A model generated the notes under the pieces. That model had not been told where the DNA came from and searched no databases. It saw nothing but the letters and a program-made list of their open reading frames with translations. From NCBI GenBank assembly GCA_043819795.1, contig JBDREN010000216.1:1-44953 (forward strand): a stretch of DNA of 44,953 nt, given 5' to 3'. A program made the position numbers and the translations under genes. Source of the DNA: Elusimicrobiota bacterium. GTDB lineage: Bacteria; Elusimicrobiota; Elusimicrobia; UBA1565. This document shows positions 9,982-21,100 of the stretch, one piece after another; the stretch's first letter is position 1, and each line of letters begins with the position of its first letter.

Positions 9982-11915
9982 ACACGCGGATCGTCGCCTT
10001 TTGGGAGAAGTCTGCCGAAGTCGGGCTGCTGCTGCTGGCGTTCGTGCTTCCACTAGCCTTCTATCTCAAGACGTACGAGACCGCGACGGTCAAGGACCTC
10101 ACGCTTCAGGCCGGCGGAGTCCTGATCCTCGCCTTCGCGTTCCTCCGCCACGTCGAAGCCGGACGCTTCGAGCTCCCCGCCGGCCGGACCGGATTCGCCG
10201 CGCTCGCCGCGACGCTTCTGCTCTGGATCGCGGTCTCCTACGCCATGAACCCTTTCAAGGAAGCCTCTTTGTTCGGAGCGGCGCAGCTGGGGCTGTCCGT
10301 CGGTCTGTTCCTGGTCGTCTTGACCGGGCCGGCTTCGGTCTCCTTCGGGGCCGCGCTCTCGGGCTGGACGCTCGCCGCCGCGGCCATCGCCGCCGTGTAC
10401 GCGCTGCTTCAGGCCTTGGGGATCGAACCGTTCTCCTGGTCGTGGGCGTTCGGGAATCAGGCGATGTCCACGCTGGCCAACCCGGAGCTGCTGGGAGTAT
10501 TCCTGGGAGCGGCGTTCCCGCTCGGGCTTTCTCGCTTTCTGGACCCGGAAGGCTCCCGCATCCGGCGCGGGGCGGCCCTCACCGCGACCTTGCTCTGCGC
10601 TTTCGGCGTCGTCGTATCGGGCTCGCCTGTCGGCGCGGTGGCCCTCTGTACGGGAGCCTTGGCGTTCGCCTTCTTTGCCGCCTCCCGCTTCCGTCATGCC
10701 TTCACCCGGACGACGGCCGTCGTCTCCGCCGCGTGCGCCCCCGCCGCGCTCTGGCTCATGTTCCGCTCCTTGGACCTGCGGTTCGCGGAGCGTTGCCTCA
10801 GGGAATGGACCCTCAACTCCACGGTCTGGTCAGGCGCCAAGCGCCTCATCCTGGATCATGCCTGGACCGGCGTGGGCGCCGGAGGTTTCGCCACGGCCTT
10901 CCCGCCCTACCGGCCGCAGGGCCCGCTTTACGTGAGCGATACGTCCATCAACTTCGTCAACAACGCCCACAGCCTGCCCCTCAACGCGGCCGCGGAGCTC
11001 GGAGTGCCCGCGCTTCTCCTGGGGGCCGCGTTGTTCGTCGGGGTTCTGTGGCTCTCGCTCAAGGACGCGGCGCGGCGGGACCGGGACGGCGAGACCCGGG
11101 CCGCGGTCGTGATCCTGGGTCAGTGGGCCGCCTTGGCGGCTTTGCTGGCGGCTGGGTGCGTCGGATACGCGCCGCTGTGGGCGGCGCCCGGGCTGCTGGT
11201 CTGGCTGCTGGCCGGCTCGCTGGCCGGCCTGGCCACCGAGCGCGGCTCCGCGACGGTCCGAGTCCTCTCCATTCCGGCGCCCGCATCGCTCCGAAGGCTG
11301 CTGTACGCGCCCGCGGCGGCTGTGGTCTCGGCGAGCCTCCTATGCCAGGGCAGCTTCTTCCGGTCGGACATCGACCACAACATCGGCGTTTATCGATCCC
11401 GGCGGCAACAGTGGGCCCGGGCGATCGAGCGTTACGGCCGGGTCTCCAAGTGGCACAGCAGCGGAGTCATGGCCCGTTATCGTGCGGCCGGCTCGCATCT
11501 GAACCGTGAGGAGAGCGGAGACCTGAGACGCGCCGTGGCCCTATATGAGGAAGTCGAATCCCTCTCACCGCACTATGTCCGGACCGCCTACTACAAAGCC
11601 GTCGCCCATGAGAAACTCCAGGAGTGGCGCCAAGCGCGGGAGAGCCTGAAGGCCTATATCGCCCTGGACCCGCTCTACGCGCCGGCCTACCGGCGCCTGG
11701 CGGAGGTCTCCGTGACGCTCGGAGATCCGGAGGCCGCGCGCCAGGCCGCGCTCCAGCTTGTGCGCATCGAGCCGGACAATCCCGAGCACTGGCGCTTCCT
11801 CGCTGAACAATACCACTCGCAGCGCCGCTTCCGCACGGCCCGCCTCATGTTCGAGAAGGCCGAGCTCGTCCACGCCCTAGCCGAGTCGGGACGCATGCCG
11901 TCCCCCGTATACTGA
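9978..11915 (+). CDS. O-antigen ligase/Wzy_C-family membrane protein with C-terminal TPRs
   Basis: About 12 TM helices, STLANPE..G, GVGAGGF..FPPY, AHSLPL..AAELG, TPR-like C-terminus. Start ATG 9978 (ATGA overlap, GGAGG SD) rather than 9687. Confidence 0.82.
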   Translation: MNTRIVAFWEKSAEVGLLLLAFVLPLAFYLKTYETATVKDLTLQAGGVLILAFAFLRHVEAGRFELPAGRTGFAALAATLLLWIAVSYAMNPFKEASLFGAAQLGLSVGLFLVVLTGPASVSFGAALSGWTLAAAAIAAVYALLQALGIEPFSWSWAFGNQAMSTLANPELLGVFLGAAFPLGLSRFLDPEGSRIRRGAALTATLLCAFGVVVSGSPVGAVALCTGALAFAFFAASRFRHAFTRTTAVVSAACAPAALWLMFRSLDLRFAERCLREWTLNSTVWSGAKRLILDHAWTGVGAGGFATAFPPYRPQGPLYVSDTSINFVNNAHSLPLNAAAELGVPALLLGAALFVGVLWLSLKDAARRDRDGETRAAVVILGQWAALAALLAAGCVGYAPLWAAPGLLVWLLAGSLAGLATERGSATVRVLSIPAPASLRRLLYAPAAAVVSASLLCQGSFFRSDIDHNIGVYRSRRQQWARAIERYGRVSKWHSSGVMARYRAAGSHLNREESGDLRRAVALYEEVESLSPHYVRTAYYKAVAHEKLQEWRQARESLKAYIALDPLYAPAYRRLAEVSVTLGDPEAARQAALQLVRIEPDNPEHWRFLAEQYHSQRRFRTARLMFEKAELVHALAESGRMPSPVY

Positions 11916-11936
11916 ACCTCCCTCATCCGCGGGGGA

Positions 11937-11963
11937 TGAAATGAAACCCGCCTCCCCGGCGTA
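11937..11963 (+). promoter_or_regulatory. Second ECF-type promoter
   Basis: TGAAAT-N17-CGTA with the same spacing as 8982-9008 and a shared GCCTCCCC in the spacer. Confidence 0.62.
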
Positions 11964-12014
11964 TATGTCCTGAGGCCGTCTCCGCGAGCGAGCGGCCCCA
12001 GGAGGAAGACCAGG

Positions 12015-13202
12015 ATGCAGAAAGACACCAGACGCTCAGAGAAGACGTCCGTCCAGGAAGACAACGGCTCGGCGGGCAGGCTCCTTCGCCTGCTCGGGGG
12101 CGCCCTCACGGCCGGCGCCGTCGCGCTTCTGGCCTTCGGACTCTACGCCACGTTCGAGGGCTCCCGGGACGACCCGGCCCGCTACGCCGGCTGGGCGCAG
12201 ACGGTGGAGGGGCCCGCTGTGGCTCCCGCCTCGCTGCCGCTGACGCTCGACGATCACGTGCAGGTCCTCCTGCCCACCTTGGGCGATGAGGACGCGCGGA
12301 CGCGGCGCGCCGGGCTCGATGCCTTGTCCATGGCGCTCGAGAGCGGAGACGCGGGCGAGCTCACGGCCGAGACCCGCGAGGAGACCGCCGGAGCGCTCAT
12401 CGAGCTCTATGCAGAGGCGGACGTCGAGACGCCCGAGGGGACCGAGACCCGCGAGAAAGCCCTCGGGCTGATCGTCACCAAGGTCAAAGGCGAGACGGCC
12501 CGCGCCTTTACCGCGGCGGTGCTCTCATCCGGGCCCCCGGGAATGAGGATAGCCGCCCTCAAGGCCTTGCTCGTGCCCGGCGCCATCCGCGGAGGCGAGG
12601 TCTACGACAAGGCCTACGAGCTGGCCCGCGGCGACGCGGTCCCGGACGCGCTCAAGCCCGCCATCCTGCGCAGGGTGCGGGGACGGAAGTCGGAAGGGGA
12701 GCTCCTGGAGTTCTTCGGCTCGGACATCGGGCCCCGGGCCCTGGCCGAGTGCGCGGTCGAGCTCCAGAACCTGCATAAGCCGGAGCTCATGGGACGCGTC
12801 CTCTCCCGGCTCGAGCAGGCGGGGCTTCTGGAGAACGTGAAGCTCATGCCGTGGTTCAGCGGCAAGCTCCTCTCCGAGCACATCCGCGCCGCCGACGGCG
12901 AGGAGCTGATCCGAGCCCTGCGCGTGGTCCGGCGCAGGCCTTCCTTGACACGCTCCACCTTCCCGGCGGTCCAGGAGCGTCTCGCCCACGCCGAGCCCTC
13001 GATCCGGCGCATGGCGGCCCGCCTCGTCCCGGAAGCGGTCCAATACGAGGGCATCGACGCCCAGGGCGGCGAGGAGCTGCTGGCGGCGAGGCTCGAGGTG
13101 GAGACGGACCCCGTTGTCAAAGGTGAGATCGCGGGCGGCCTGAGCGAGATCCGCCGGAATCGGCGCCCGCCGGATCCGGTCGCCGCCGAAGCGAACCCGT
13201 GA
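12015..13202 (+). CDS. Membrane-anchored helical-repeat (HEAT-like) hypothetical protein
   Basis: GGAGG SD, one N-terminal TM helix, HEAT-like segments (LGDEDARTRRAGLDAL, LAHAEPSIRRMAARL, ETDPVVKGEI). Confidence 0.7.
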   Translation: MQKDTRRSEKTSVQEDNGSAGRLLRLLGGALTAGAVALLAFGLYATFEGSRDDPARYAGWAQTVEGPAVAPASLPLTLDDHVQVLLPTLGDEDARTRRAGLDALSMALESGDAGELTAETREETAGALIELYAEADVETPEGTETREKALGLIVTKVKGETARAFTAAVLSSGPPGMRIAALKALLVPGAIRGGEVYDKAYELARGDAVPDALKPAILRRVRGRKSEGELLEFFGSDIGPRALAECAVELQNLHKPELMGRVLSRLEQAGLLENVKLMPWFSGKLLSEHIRAADGEELIRALRVVRRRPSLTRSTFPAVQERLAHAEPSIRRMAARLVPEAVQYEGIDAQGGEELLAARLEVETDPVVKGEIAGGLSEIRRNRRPPDPVAAEANP

Positions 13203-13221
13203 CCTAGGCGGCGGGAAGAAA

Positions 13222-13250
13222 GGGCCCCGGCGTGGGAGGCGCCGGGGCCC
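13222..13250. terminator. Probable bidirectional terminator between convergent genes
   Basis: 11-bp perfect stem GGGCCCCGGCG/CGCCGGGGCCC, flanked by AAGAAA and CCTTTCT. Confidence 0.75.
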
Positions 13251-13265
13251 CGCCTTTCTGGGACT

Positions 13266-15098
13266 TTATCGGCGAGCCGCGCGCCTCTCGTCCTCGCTCT
13301 TGAGCTGCATCCCGCGATACGCGAGATAGAACGAACGCATCCCCTCCATCATCGTACGCGCCAGCGATCTCCGGAAGTCGGCGTCCCGGAGCCGGGCCTC
13401 ATGTTCCGGCAGGACCATGTAGGCGGACTCCGTCAGGATGGAAGGCATCTGCGTGATGCGGCAGACGTAAAGGTCCCCCCACCGCACGAACTCGTCGGCC
13501 AGCTCCGGATGGCGCTCCCGGTAGCTGCCATGCACCGCCTCCACCAAGGGCCGGCTTTGGGGGTGGTAGTAGAAAATCATGTAGCCGCGCGGCTGCTCGA
13601 AGGGGTCGGCCGTCACCCGGAAGCCGTTGTTGTGGACGCTGACGTAGAGGTCTCCCCGCTGCTCAACCGCCAGGAAAGCCCGGTCGATGAGCGGGGGGCC
13701 GTCGGAGCTCGTCCGAATCATATAGACGTCCGCGCCCTCCGCCGACAGCAGGTCCCGGAGCTCCTCGGCGATCCCGAGGTTGACGTCCCGTTCCGTGGTC
13801 CCCAGCGGGCCGACCGCGCTCTCCTGAGGCCCGTGGCCGGCGTCGATCACGACCCGGCGCCCGGCGAGCACGTTCTTCGCGCGCGTGAGGTCGGGCGGCC
13901 GGCGGATCTCCAGCACGAAATGACCCTTTCCGTCGTAATAGGCGTCGTAGCCCCATCCCCAGCGCATCCGAGTCTCGACCCGGATGCGTACGACCCGGGA
14001 GCTTTCCTGGCGCCAGAGGACCTCGCGCACGACCGGGTCGTCGGAGGCGTAGCGGATGCGGTCGAAGCGCTGATAGGCCCCGAAGAAGCGGATATCGAAG
14101 GCCAGCGGCTCGATGGAATGCCGGACCTCGAACGGCAGCCGCTCGGGCGCGTGGATCAGCACGCGCACGGCGTCGTCCGCCGTGTCGGTCTTCACCCAGC
14201 GGCCGACGATGCCCCGCGGCGGAGGGGCGCCTTCGGGCAACAGGTCGACCCCCGATTCATCCACCCAGCCCTTCTCGTGCTCGGAGAGCCGGACGCGGAC
14301 GAGCCCGCCGCTGCGGCCCGTCGCCTCCAGCTTGATGCCCGGCGGCAGGAAGAGGGAATATCCCTGCCGCGACGATTTCACGACGGTGACCTTGGCCGTG
14401 GTGACGGCGGTGCGGGTCATGCGGGGGTCCGCCACGGTGATCTTTCCCGGCGCCCGGGCATTGAAACGCCGCCAGAGGCTCTTGCGCAAAGAGCACGTCA
14501 CGGATAGGCCCTCGCCCCGGTCGTCCGGCTGGATGTAGTAGTGTCCCTCATAGAACCCGATATCCGGCTCGGAAGCGCCAGTCTCGACCATCGGCAAGCC
14601 GTCGGCCAGCCCCTCGATCTCGAAGCTGCCGCTGAGGCCCGAGGGCCCGGCGCACCGGACGAACACCAAGTCGCCCGGCCGCAGCTCCTTGTCCACGGCC
14701 GGCTCCAAAGCGACGGCCGCTCCCCTCGCCGCCTCCGGCAGTCCGGACCGCGCGGTGACCTCCACCACGCGCCGCGCGCTCGCGAACAGCCCGTTCCATA
14801 CCGAGTTATACTCGAGCGCCGCCGTGCCCGTCGTCAAGCTCACCATCGAGAAGAAGGCCCCGCTCCCGTCGGGCTGGACCATCTGGTTATTGATCGTCAG
14901 CGTCGAGCCGGGCGTGACGTTGCCGAACGTGAACGAGCGGCTGAGGTAGGGATACCGGTGGCCCTCCTGGGGCCAGACGACCTCGACCCATGGCGTCGGC
15001 GAGGAGACCCCGACCCCCTTCTCGGCCGAAGGCGGCTCCGCGGCATGGAGGGGGAAGGCGCAGGCCGAGAGCCAGAGAATAAGCGCAGCGAAACGCAT
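13266..15098 (-). CDS. N-acetylmuramoyl-L-alanine amidase (Amidase_3) with N-terminal accessory domains
   Basis: Signal peptide; C-terminal IDAGHG..E, SVHNN and ILTESAY zinc-amidase motifs. Confidence 0.9.
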   Translation of the reverse strand: MRFAALILWLSACAFPLHAAEPPSAEKGVGVSSPTPWVEVVWPQEGHRYPYLSRSFTFGNVTPGSTLTINNQMVQPDGSGAFFSMVSLTTGTAALEYNSVWNGLFASARRVVEVTARSGLPEAARGAAVALEPAVDKELRPGDLVFVRCAGPSGLSGSFEIEGLADGLPMVETGASEPDIGFYEGHYYIQPDDRGEGLSVTCSLRKSLWRRFNARAPGKITVADPRMTRTAVTTAKVTVVKSSRQGYSLFLPPGIKLEATGRSGGLVRVRLSEHEKGWVDESGVDLLPEGAPPPRGIVGRWVKTDTADDAVRVLIHAPERLPFEVRHSIEPLAFDIRFFGAYQRFDRIRYASDDPVVREVLWRQESSRVVRIRVETRMRWGWGYDAYYDGKGHFVLEIRRPPDLTRAKNVLAGRRVVIDAGHGPQESAVGPLGTTERDVNLGIAEELRDLLSAEGADVYMIRTSSDGPPLIDRAFLAVEQRGDLYVSVHNNGFRVTADPFEQPRGYMIFYYHPQSRPLVEAVHGSYRERHPELADEFVRWGDLYVCRITQMPSILTESAYMVLPEHEARLRDADFRRSLARTMMEGMRSFYLAYRGMQLKSEDERRAARR

Positions 15099-15134
15099 CA
15101 GTTGGCCGATTCTATCATTAGTGAACGCGGAGGG

Positions 15135-18100
15135 CTACAGCAGCAGGGTGAGGGTGGCGATGACGAAGCCCGCGGAAAGGCGGGGGATGAAGGACAGGCG
15201 CCGCAGCCAGCCGAATCCGCGGGACGGTTTCTCCGGCCGGGACGCCCGGGCGATCTCTTCCTCGGCCCGGCGCTTGAGCTCCGCGGCTTCCTCGATCACC
15301 TTATCGGGGTCCAGCAACGCCTCGTCGAGAGCCGCGAGGGCCTTCTTCCCGTCGGTCAGCCCGGCGCCGATCTCGTGATCCCCGTAGCCCTCCAGCCTCT
15401 CGGCGGTGGCGTCGAGGAGGTTCTCGATCCAGAAGAGGTACCCGTCCGGCAGGCGCCCCAGCTTCTTATCCATGACCTGCATCATCCGCTCGATCTGCAC
15501 GGCCTGCTCGCCGGTCTCGTGCGGCGCGGCCATGGAGGTGCCGGACATCGCGTGATAGAGCGGCTTGCCCTTCCACTCCACCGCGTTCGGAGAGCCCCCG
15601 CCCTTCTTGGCAAGGAACGTGCTCAGGGTGGACACGATCTCGTAGATGTTGGGCCGGTTGAAGAAGATGCCGCCGCCGAAATTTACCCGCCGGACCCCGC
15701 GCTCGCCGCGGCGGCCCCGCGAGGAATAGTCGGCCAGCTGCTTGCGCTTGTCCACGGCTCCCACCGCCGTCGCCAGGGCCGCGTTCGCCGGAGAGGAGAC
15801 GGTGCCCTCCATGGGCCCCGAGTTCCCGGCCGCCACGATGACGCCGATGTTGCTGAGCCGTAGCCGGTTTACGAGCCGGCCGATCGGACTGTCGGGAGAG
15901 CCGGGCCCGCCCAGGCTCAGATTCAAGAGCAGCGGGGTCTTAAGGGGGTCCTTCACCAGGCTGGCGGCGTATTCCATCCCGGCCATCACGGTGGCCTCGC
16001 TGCCCCCCGTCTCGCCCAAGACCTTGATGACCGCGAAATCCACCCCGGGAGCCATGCCGACGTAAGGCGATCCCTCGACGCTCTGGGCGCCCACGATTCC
16101 CATGCCGTGGCTGCCGTGGCTGTCGCTCTCCTTGCGGACTTCGCCGACGCCGCCGTCTCCCGAGAAGTTCCTCTTATGCTTGATCCGCTTATTGTCGAAG
16201 GCGGGATGCTCGGTGTCCCCTCCCTCGTCGATGTAGGCGACGAGGACGCCCTTGCCGGTCAAGCCCCGGCTCTCGCGCGCCTCGGGCATGCCCGTGAGCG
16301 GCCCCGTCTCGTGCAGAAGCTTGTACATCGGAGCGGCGCGGTGCACGCGGTAGCCGCGCGCCTCCATCTCGGTGGTGAACGCCATGACCTCGGCGTCGGG
16401 GACGTTGATCCAGAGCGACCGGCTGGCCGGCATGGCGACCTGGAGCGCCGCCTGGTATCGCTGCAGCGTCTTCATCTCGAGCCCGAAGGAGCCCGCGGCC
16501 TTGGCGAGCGCGTCCTGACCGCCGCGGACGCCCCGGAAGTCCTGGAAGCTCTGGATGGCGGGGCCGCCCTCGCTCTCCTGCGGCAGCTCAACGATGAGAT
16601 GCACTCCTCCCCGGTTCGGGTCCACCCCGGGGACCCCGAGACCGGCGGGGCTCGGAGGCGGCGTGGGCTGATCCAAGCTCACCTCGAGCGCGTCGGCCAG
16701 AAGCCGGACGAGGTCGCTGAGCGCGCCGGGCCGGCTCAGGGCCGCCTTGTGCCTATGGATGAAGAGGAGGATGTCGTCGCGGAGCGGCTTCTCCCGCATC
16801 CGCAGGCGGACCTCCTCGGAGCGGACGGCCGGCTGGAAGAACTTGAAGATCGTCCCGGTTAGGACGAAGTTCTGCGGGCCGGCGGAAGCGAGGAGATTGA
16901 GGATCGTCTCGTTCGTCAAAGACTGCGGCCGCATCGAGGCCATCTCGGTCAGCGAGGCGACGGAAAGGTGCTTGATGTTGCCGCGCTCCACGGCGTCGAT
17001 CACGCGCCCCGCCAGGGCGTCCGCGGCCTCGGGAGGAGCGCGCCGGCCCAGCTGCCCGAGCAGCCAGACGGCCGTGAAGCGGATCCTCTTGTCGGCGCTC
17101 TTGGTCTCCGCGACGATCCGGGACAGGCCGGACAGGTCGCCGTGCCGGGCCAGGGCGTAGGCCGCGTAAATCCCCACGTCCGGCCGGGAGTCCAGCACGG
17201 CCTGCCGCAGGGCCTCATCGGCCGCGTAGCTGGGGGTCTCGGCGATCGCCAGGAACGCCGTCTGGCGGACCCGCCCGTCGGAGTCGCCCAACGCCGCCTC
17301 CGCGAGGGAGAGCACGGCCTCGGGAGCCCTCAGGTTCATGAGCGCGAACGCCGCGTACATCCGGACCAGCCAGACATCGTCTTGAAGCGCCTTGTAAAGC
17401 TGAGGCATCACTTCGGCCCGGAGCTCGTTAAAACGCTTGTCCAGGGCGCGGTTGGCCGCGTCGGTGACCTCACCCTTCGAAACCGCGTCGGCGTGGGGGC
17501 TCTCGATGGGCGCGTCGGGATTGCCCACCGGCCCGGCCCGCTCGCGCAGCCCCCGGATCGCCTCCTCCTTAGCGGCCTCCGACTCCCGGTAGACCCGGTC
17601 TTCGAGCTCCCACACGGCCTTGGCCCGGGAGATCCAATCCCAGGGCGCCTTGTCCGAGAAGCCCGCCCGCGTCGACGCACGCGGGGCGCGGGCAAAACCC
17701 AAGGCGCGCAGAACGGCCCGCCCCGCGCGCCGAGGCCGGCTCAGGAACTCGCCGCCGAAGGAGCGGGCCGCGAGCTTGACTGCCGCGAGCGCGTCCACGA
17801 ACCCGCCCTCCTGAAAGTGGATCGGCACGCGCATGTCCTTGGCCGAACGCATGAGGATCAGGTTCACGGCGAAGGGCACGTTCTCGAAGAAGAACCGGTG
17901 CGCCGCCGTGCCCGTCTTCAGGACCCGCAGGGCCGCCTGCTTGACGAGAAGCGCGATCCCCGCGATCATCGGGTTGGACATCGAGGTCCCGGACATCCGG
18001 GTATGCTTGCCGTCCGGAGCGTCGGCCGGCGAGGGCTGCTTGTCCTTCGACTTGACCGACTCGATCCCGTGCTCGTAGACGTCCCGCCGCTCCGGCGGCA

Positions 18101-21100
18101 TGCGCTCGAAGTCCGGGGGGGTCGTCACGTCGCCGCCGAGCGCGGTCAGGCCCAGCGGCATGCGGTAGCGCCTCTTGCTGAAGCGCCTGTCCACGGTCGG
18201 GCCCACGCTGGAGAAGAACGACATCTCGGGCTCACCGTCGTCGAGGCTCTTCGTGGCCGAACCGACCAGATCGACGAACTTGCCCACGGCGGGCTGGCTC
18301 CGCGTCCGGTTGAACGGCCCCGAGTTCCCCGCCGAAGCGGTGACGATGGGGAAGTGGCCCCTCGAGTTCCTGCGCCGCGTCAAATTCGAGATGAACTCGG
18401 CCAGCTCGGAGTCGACCGTCCCGGGGCTGCCCAGGCTGAGGCTGATGACGTCCGCGCCCCACTCCAGGGCGTCCACGGCGGCCGCCATGATGTCGCCGTC
18501 GGAGGCGCCGAACTGGGCGAAAACCTTCCCCATGCGCCCCATGGCGCGGGGAGCCATTCCTTTATAGACGCTCCCGTTGGCGTACGAGATGCCGGCCTTA
18601 TGGCTGCCGTGGCCGATCCAATCCTCGGGCCCCTGGTCTACGAAGTCGACCGACTCCATGAGCCGGTCCGCGAAATCGGGATGGCTGGTGTCGAGGCCCG
18701 TGTCGATATCGTAGATCCGCCCCCCTTCGCCCCGGATGCGCAGCTTCCACGTCTGGGGCACGTTCTGGAGCGATCCGCTCTGGACCAGATGCCACTGGTA
18801 GCCGCCCCGCGAAGGCTGCAGCCGGAAGCCCGCCTGCCCGCCGTAGCGCTGCAGGGCCTTGGCGTAACGCCGGTGGACGCTCGCGAAGATGCGGTTGCCG
18901 TCCTCCGCGCCGAAGACGTGCCTGACCTCGACCCCCGCCTGGCGGAGCCTCTTGATGTCCTCGTCGTCGTAGCCCGCGTCGCGCAGGTAATACTCCTGGA
19001 CCTGCGCGGACTCGTTGAACGCGCGCGTGGCCGTCCTCTCGATCCGCCGCCCATTCTTGGGATGGAGCCAGATCTCCGCGCGGGGCTCCATCTTCCCCGC
19101 GACGACGACGTGCCCGCCCTCGGGCAGGTCCACGCGCGAGACCTCGAAGCGCCCCCCGTCCTTCGCCCGCCAGTAGCGCAGCACGCGCTCGACAGTGTCC
19201 ATGCCCGATTCGCCGGGCGCGAAGGGGAGCAATACCGTCCCCGAGTTCCGCAGAGAGCGGTAAAGGTTCTCGAAGGTCTCGGTCGGCTGGAGGCCCTGGA
19301 GCCGGCCGCGCGCCAGCTGGTACATCAGATCCTCGAGCAGGTGATCCTGCTGCGTCGCGCCGCGCCTGTTGCCGGCGGCCACCCCCAGGATCCTCCGCGA
19401 GAGCCGGTCGAGCTGACGCGCCTCCGCGCTGCCCTCCGCGAATCCGGCCTTTCCCATCAGGCCGCGCCGCTGCATGAGAAGTTGGACGGAATCGATCTGC
19501 CGCAGCGCGACCTGCAGGCGCCGCGCCTCCCGCGAGCCTTCATTAGGGACCGCCCCGAAACTGCGCGGATAGACGATCATCCGGAAGCGGCCCTCGTTGG
19601 CCTCCCGCGCCAGATACTGGTTGACGCCCTCGGACGCCGGGACGGAGTCCGGGGACGCGTGCACGGAAGCCGCGTCCTTGTTCTCGTCGCCGATGAGCGC
19701 GTCGTCCGCCGCGCGGTACCCGGATTTCGCCCCCCCGCGCGTATGCAGTTTCACGACGCGGGCCCGGCCGCGGGAGAGCTCGGCGTACGTGGAGGGGTTG
19801 CGGACCTCGTGGTTGCCGGGATGGATGATAAGGGCGTCGAAAGAGGTCGGCAGGCGCAGGGAGACCCGCGCCTCCTGAAGCACGCGGTCGAGGATGGGGA
19901 TGCGCAGGGAGCTTAAAGAGGAGATCGGGCGGAACTCGCCGAGACGGCCTTGGAGTTCCCCCAGGACGTGCCGCGCCAGCCTCCGCAGCAATCCGGAGGG
20001 ACGCCGAGGAGGGGCGCGCGTTCCCTGCGCCTGATAGTGCATCAGCTCGTGCTTGATGACCCAGCGGAACAGCCACGGATGGCGCACGATCTCGGGCCGT
20101 ACGTAGACGATCCCGCCGGCGGTGAACGCGAACGCGAAATGCGCGAAGCGGTTCTGCGGCCGGTACACCCTCATGATGCCGCGTCCGGGCCCCGTCCCGA
20201 GGAGGCTCGCCGCGACGCTGGGGTGCAGACCCCACCGCAAAAGCTCACCCTTGGCCAGGCGCTGGAACTCCTCGTCCGGGACGTAGCGGCCGCGGGCCAC
20301 GGCGACGGCGAACAGGGCCATCTCCCAGAGCGCGTAGGCCGCCAGCAGCAGCGCAGACGCGGCGGCGGCCGTCGCGGCCGCGCCGAAGACGGTCTCGACG
20401 ATCCCGAAGGCCGGCATGGCCGCCGAGATGCCTGTGGCCGAGACGGCCGGATTCTGGAGTATGCCCGAGACCGCGGCCGGCACCGCCGTCAGCAGCCCGA
20501 AAGTGAGCGCCGACAGGGCGGCCAGCCCGGCCGGGAAGTACGCGGAGCGATATTCACGCCGGACCGCCAGGTCCGACGTGCGTTCCTCTCCACGGCCGTT
20601 TATCAGAGCCGTATCGTTATGGGTATTCCCCTGTTCTTCCCGTCCATTTATGAAAGCTGCGGCGCCGTTCCTTTCCTGGGCCTTCCTTATTGTCCCTTCA
20701 GAAGCCGCGGGCGAGACACGCGAGCCATCGGCCGGGCGGATCTGGAGGACCGTGGACGCGGCGTCCGGCACGTGCAGGACCAAGCGTCCCGCGGGCCGTC
20801 CCGCCACGCGCCCCATCCGCCGGGCGATGCGCCGGTTTCCGGAGCGGACCTGCGTCCCCCGCGCGGCCTCACCCCGGCGGTCTCCTCTGACGGCATTCGC
20901 CGTCCCCGTCTCCGCCGCCCCCCGAGCATGCCGGGGAGCGCCCAAAGTCGCGGGGCCGGCTCCGGCGCGTCCCCGGAAGCCGGCGACGGGTCCCTCGGAG
21001 TCGGAGGCCTTGGCGGCGGCGCCCGTATGGAGCAGAAAATCCTCTTCGGCGGTCGTCCGGGCAGCCTCCGCCCCGCGCGGCATCCCATGGCGTAACAACG

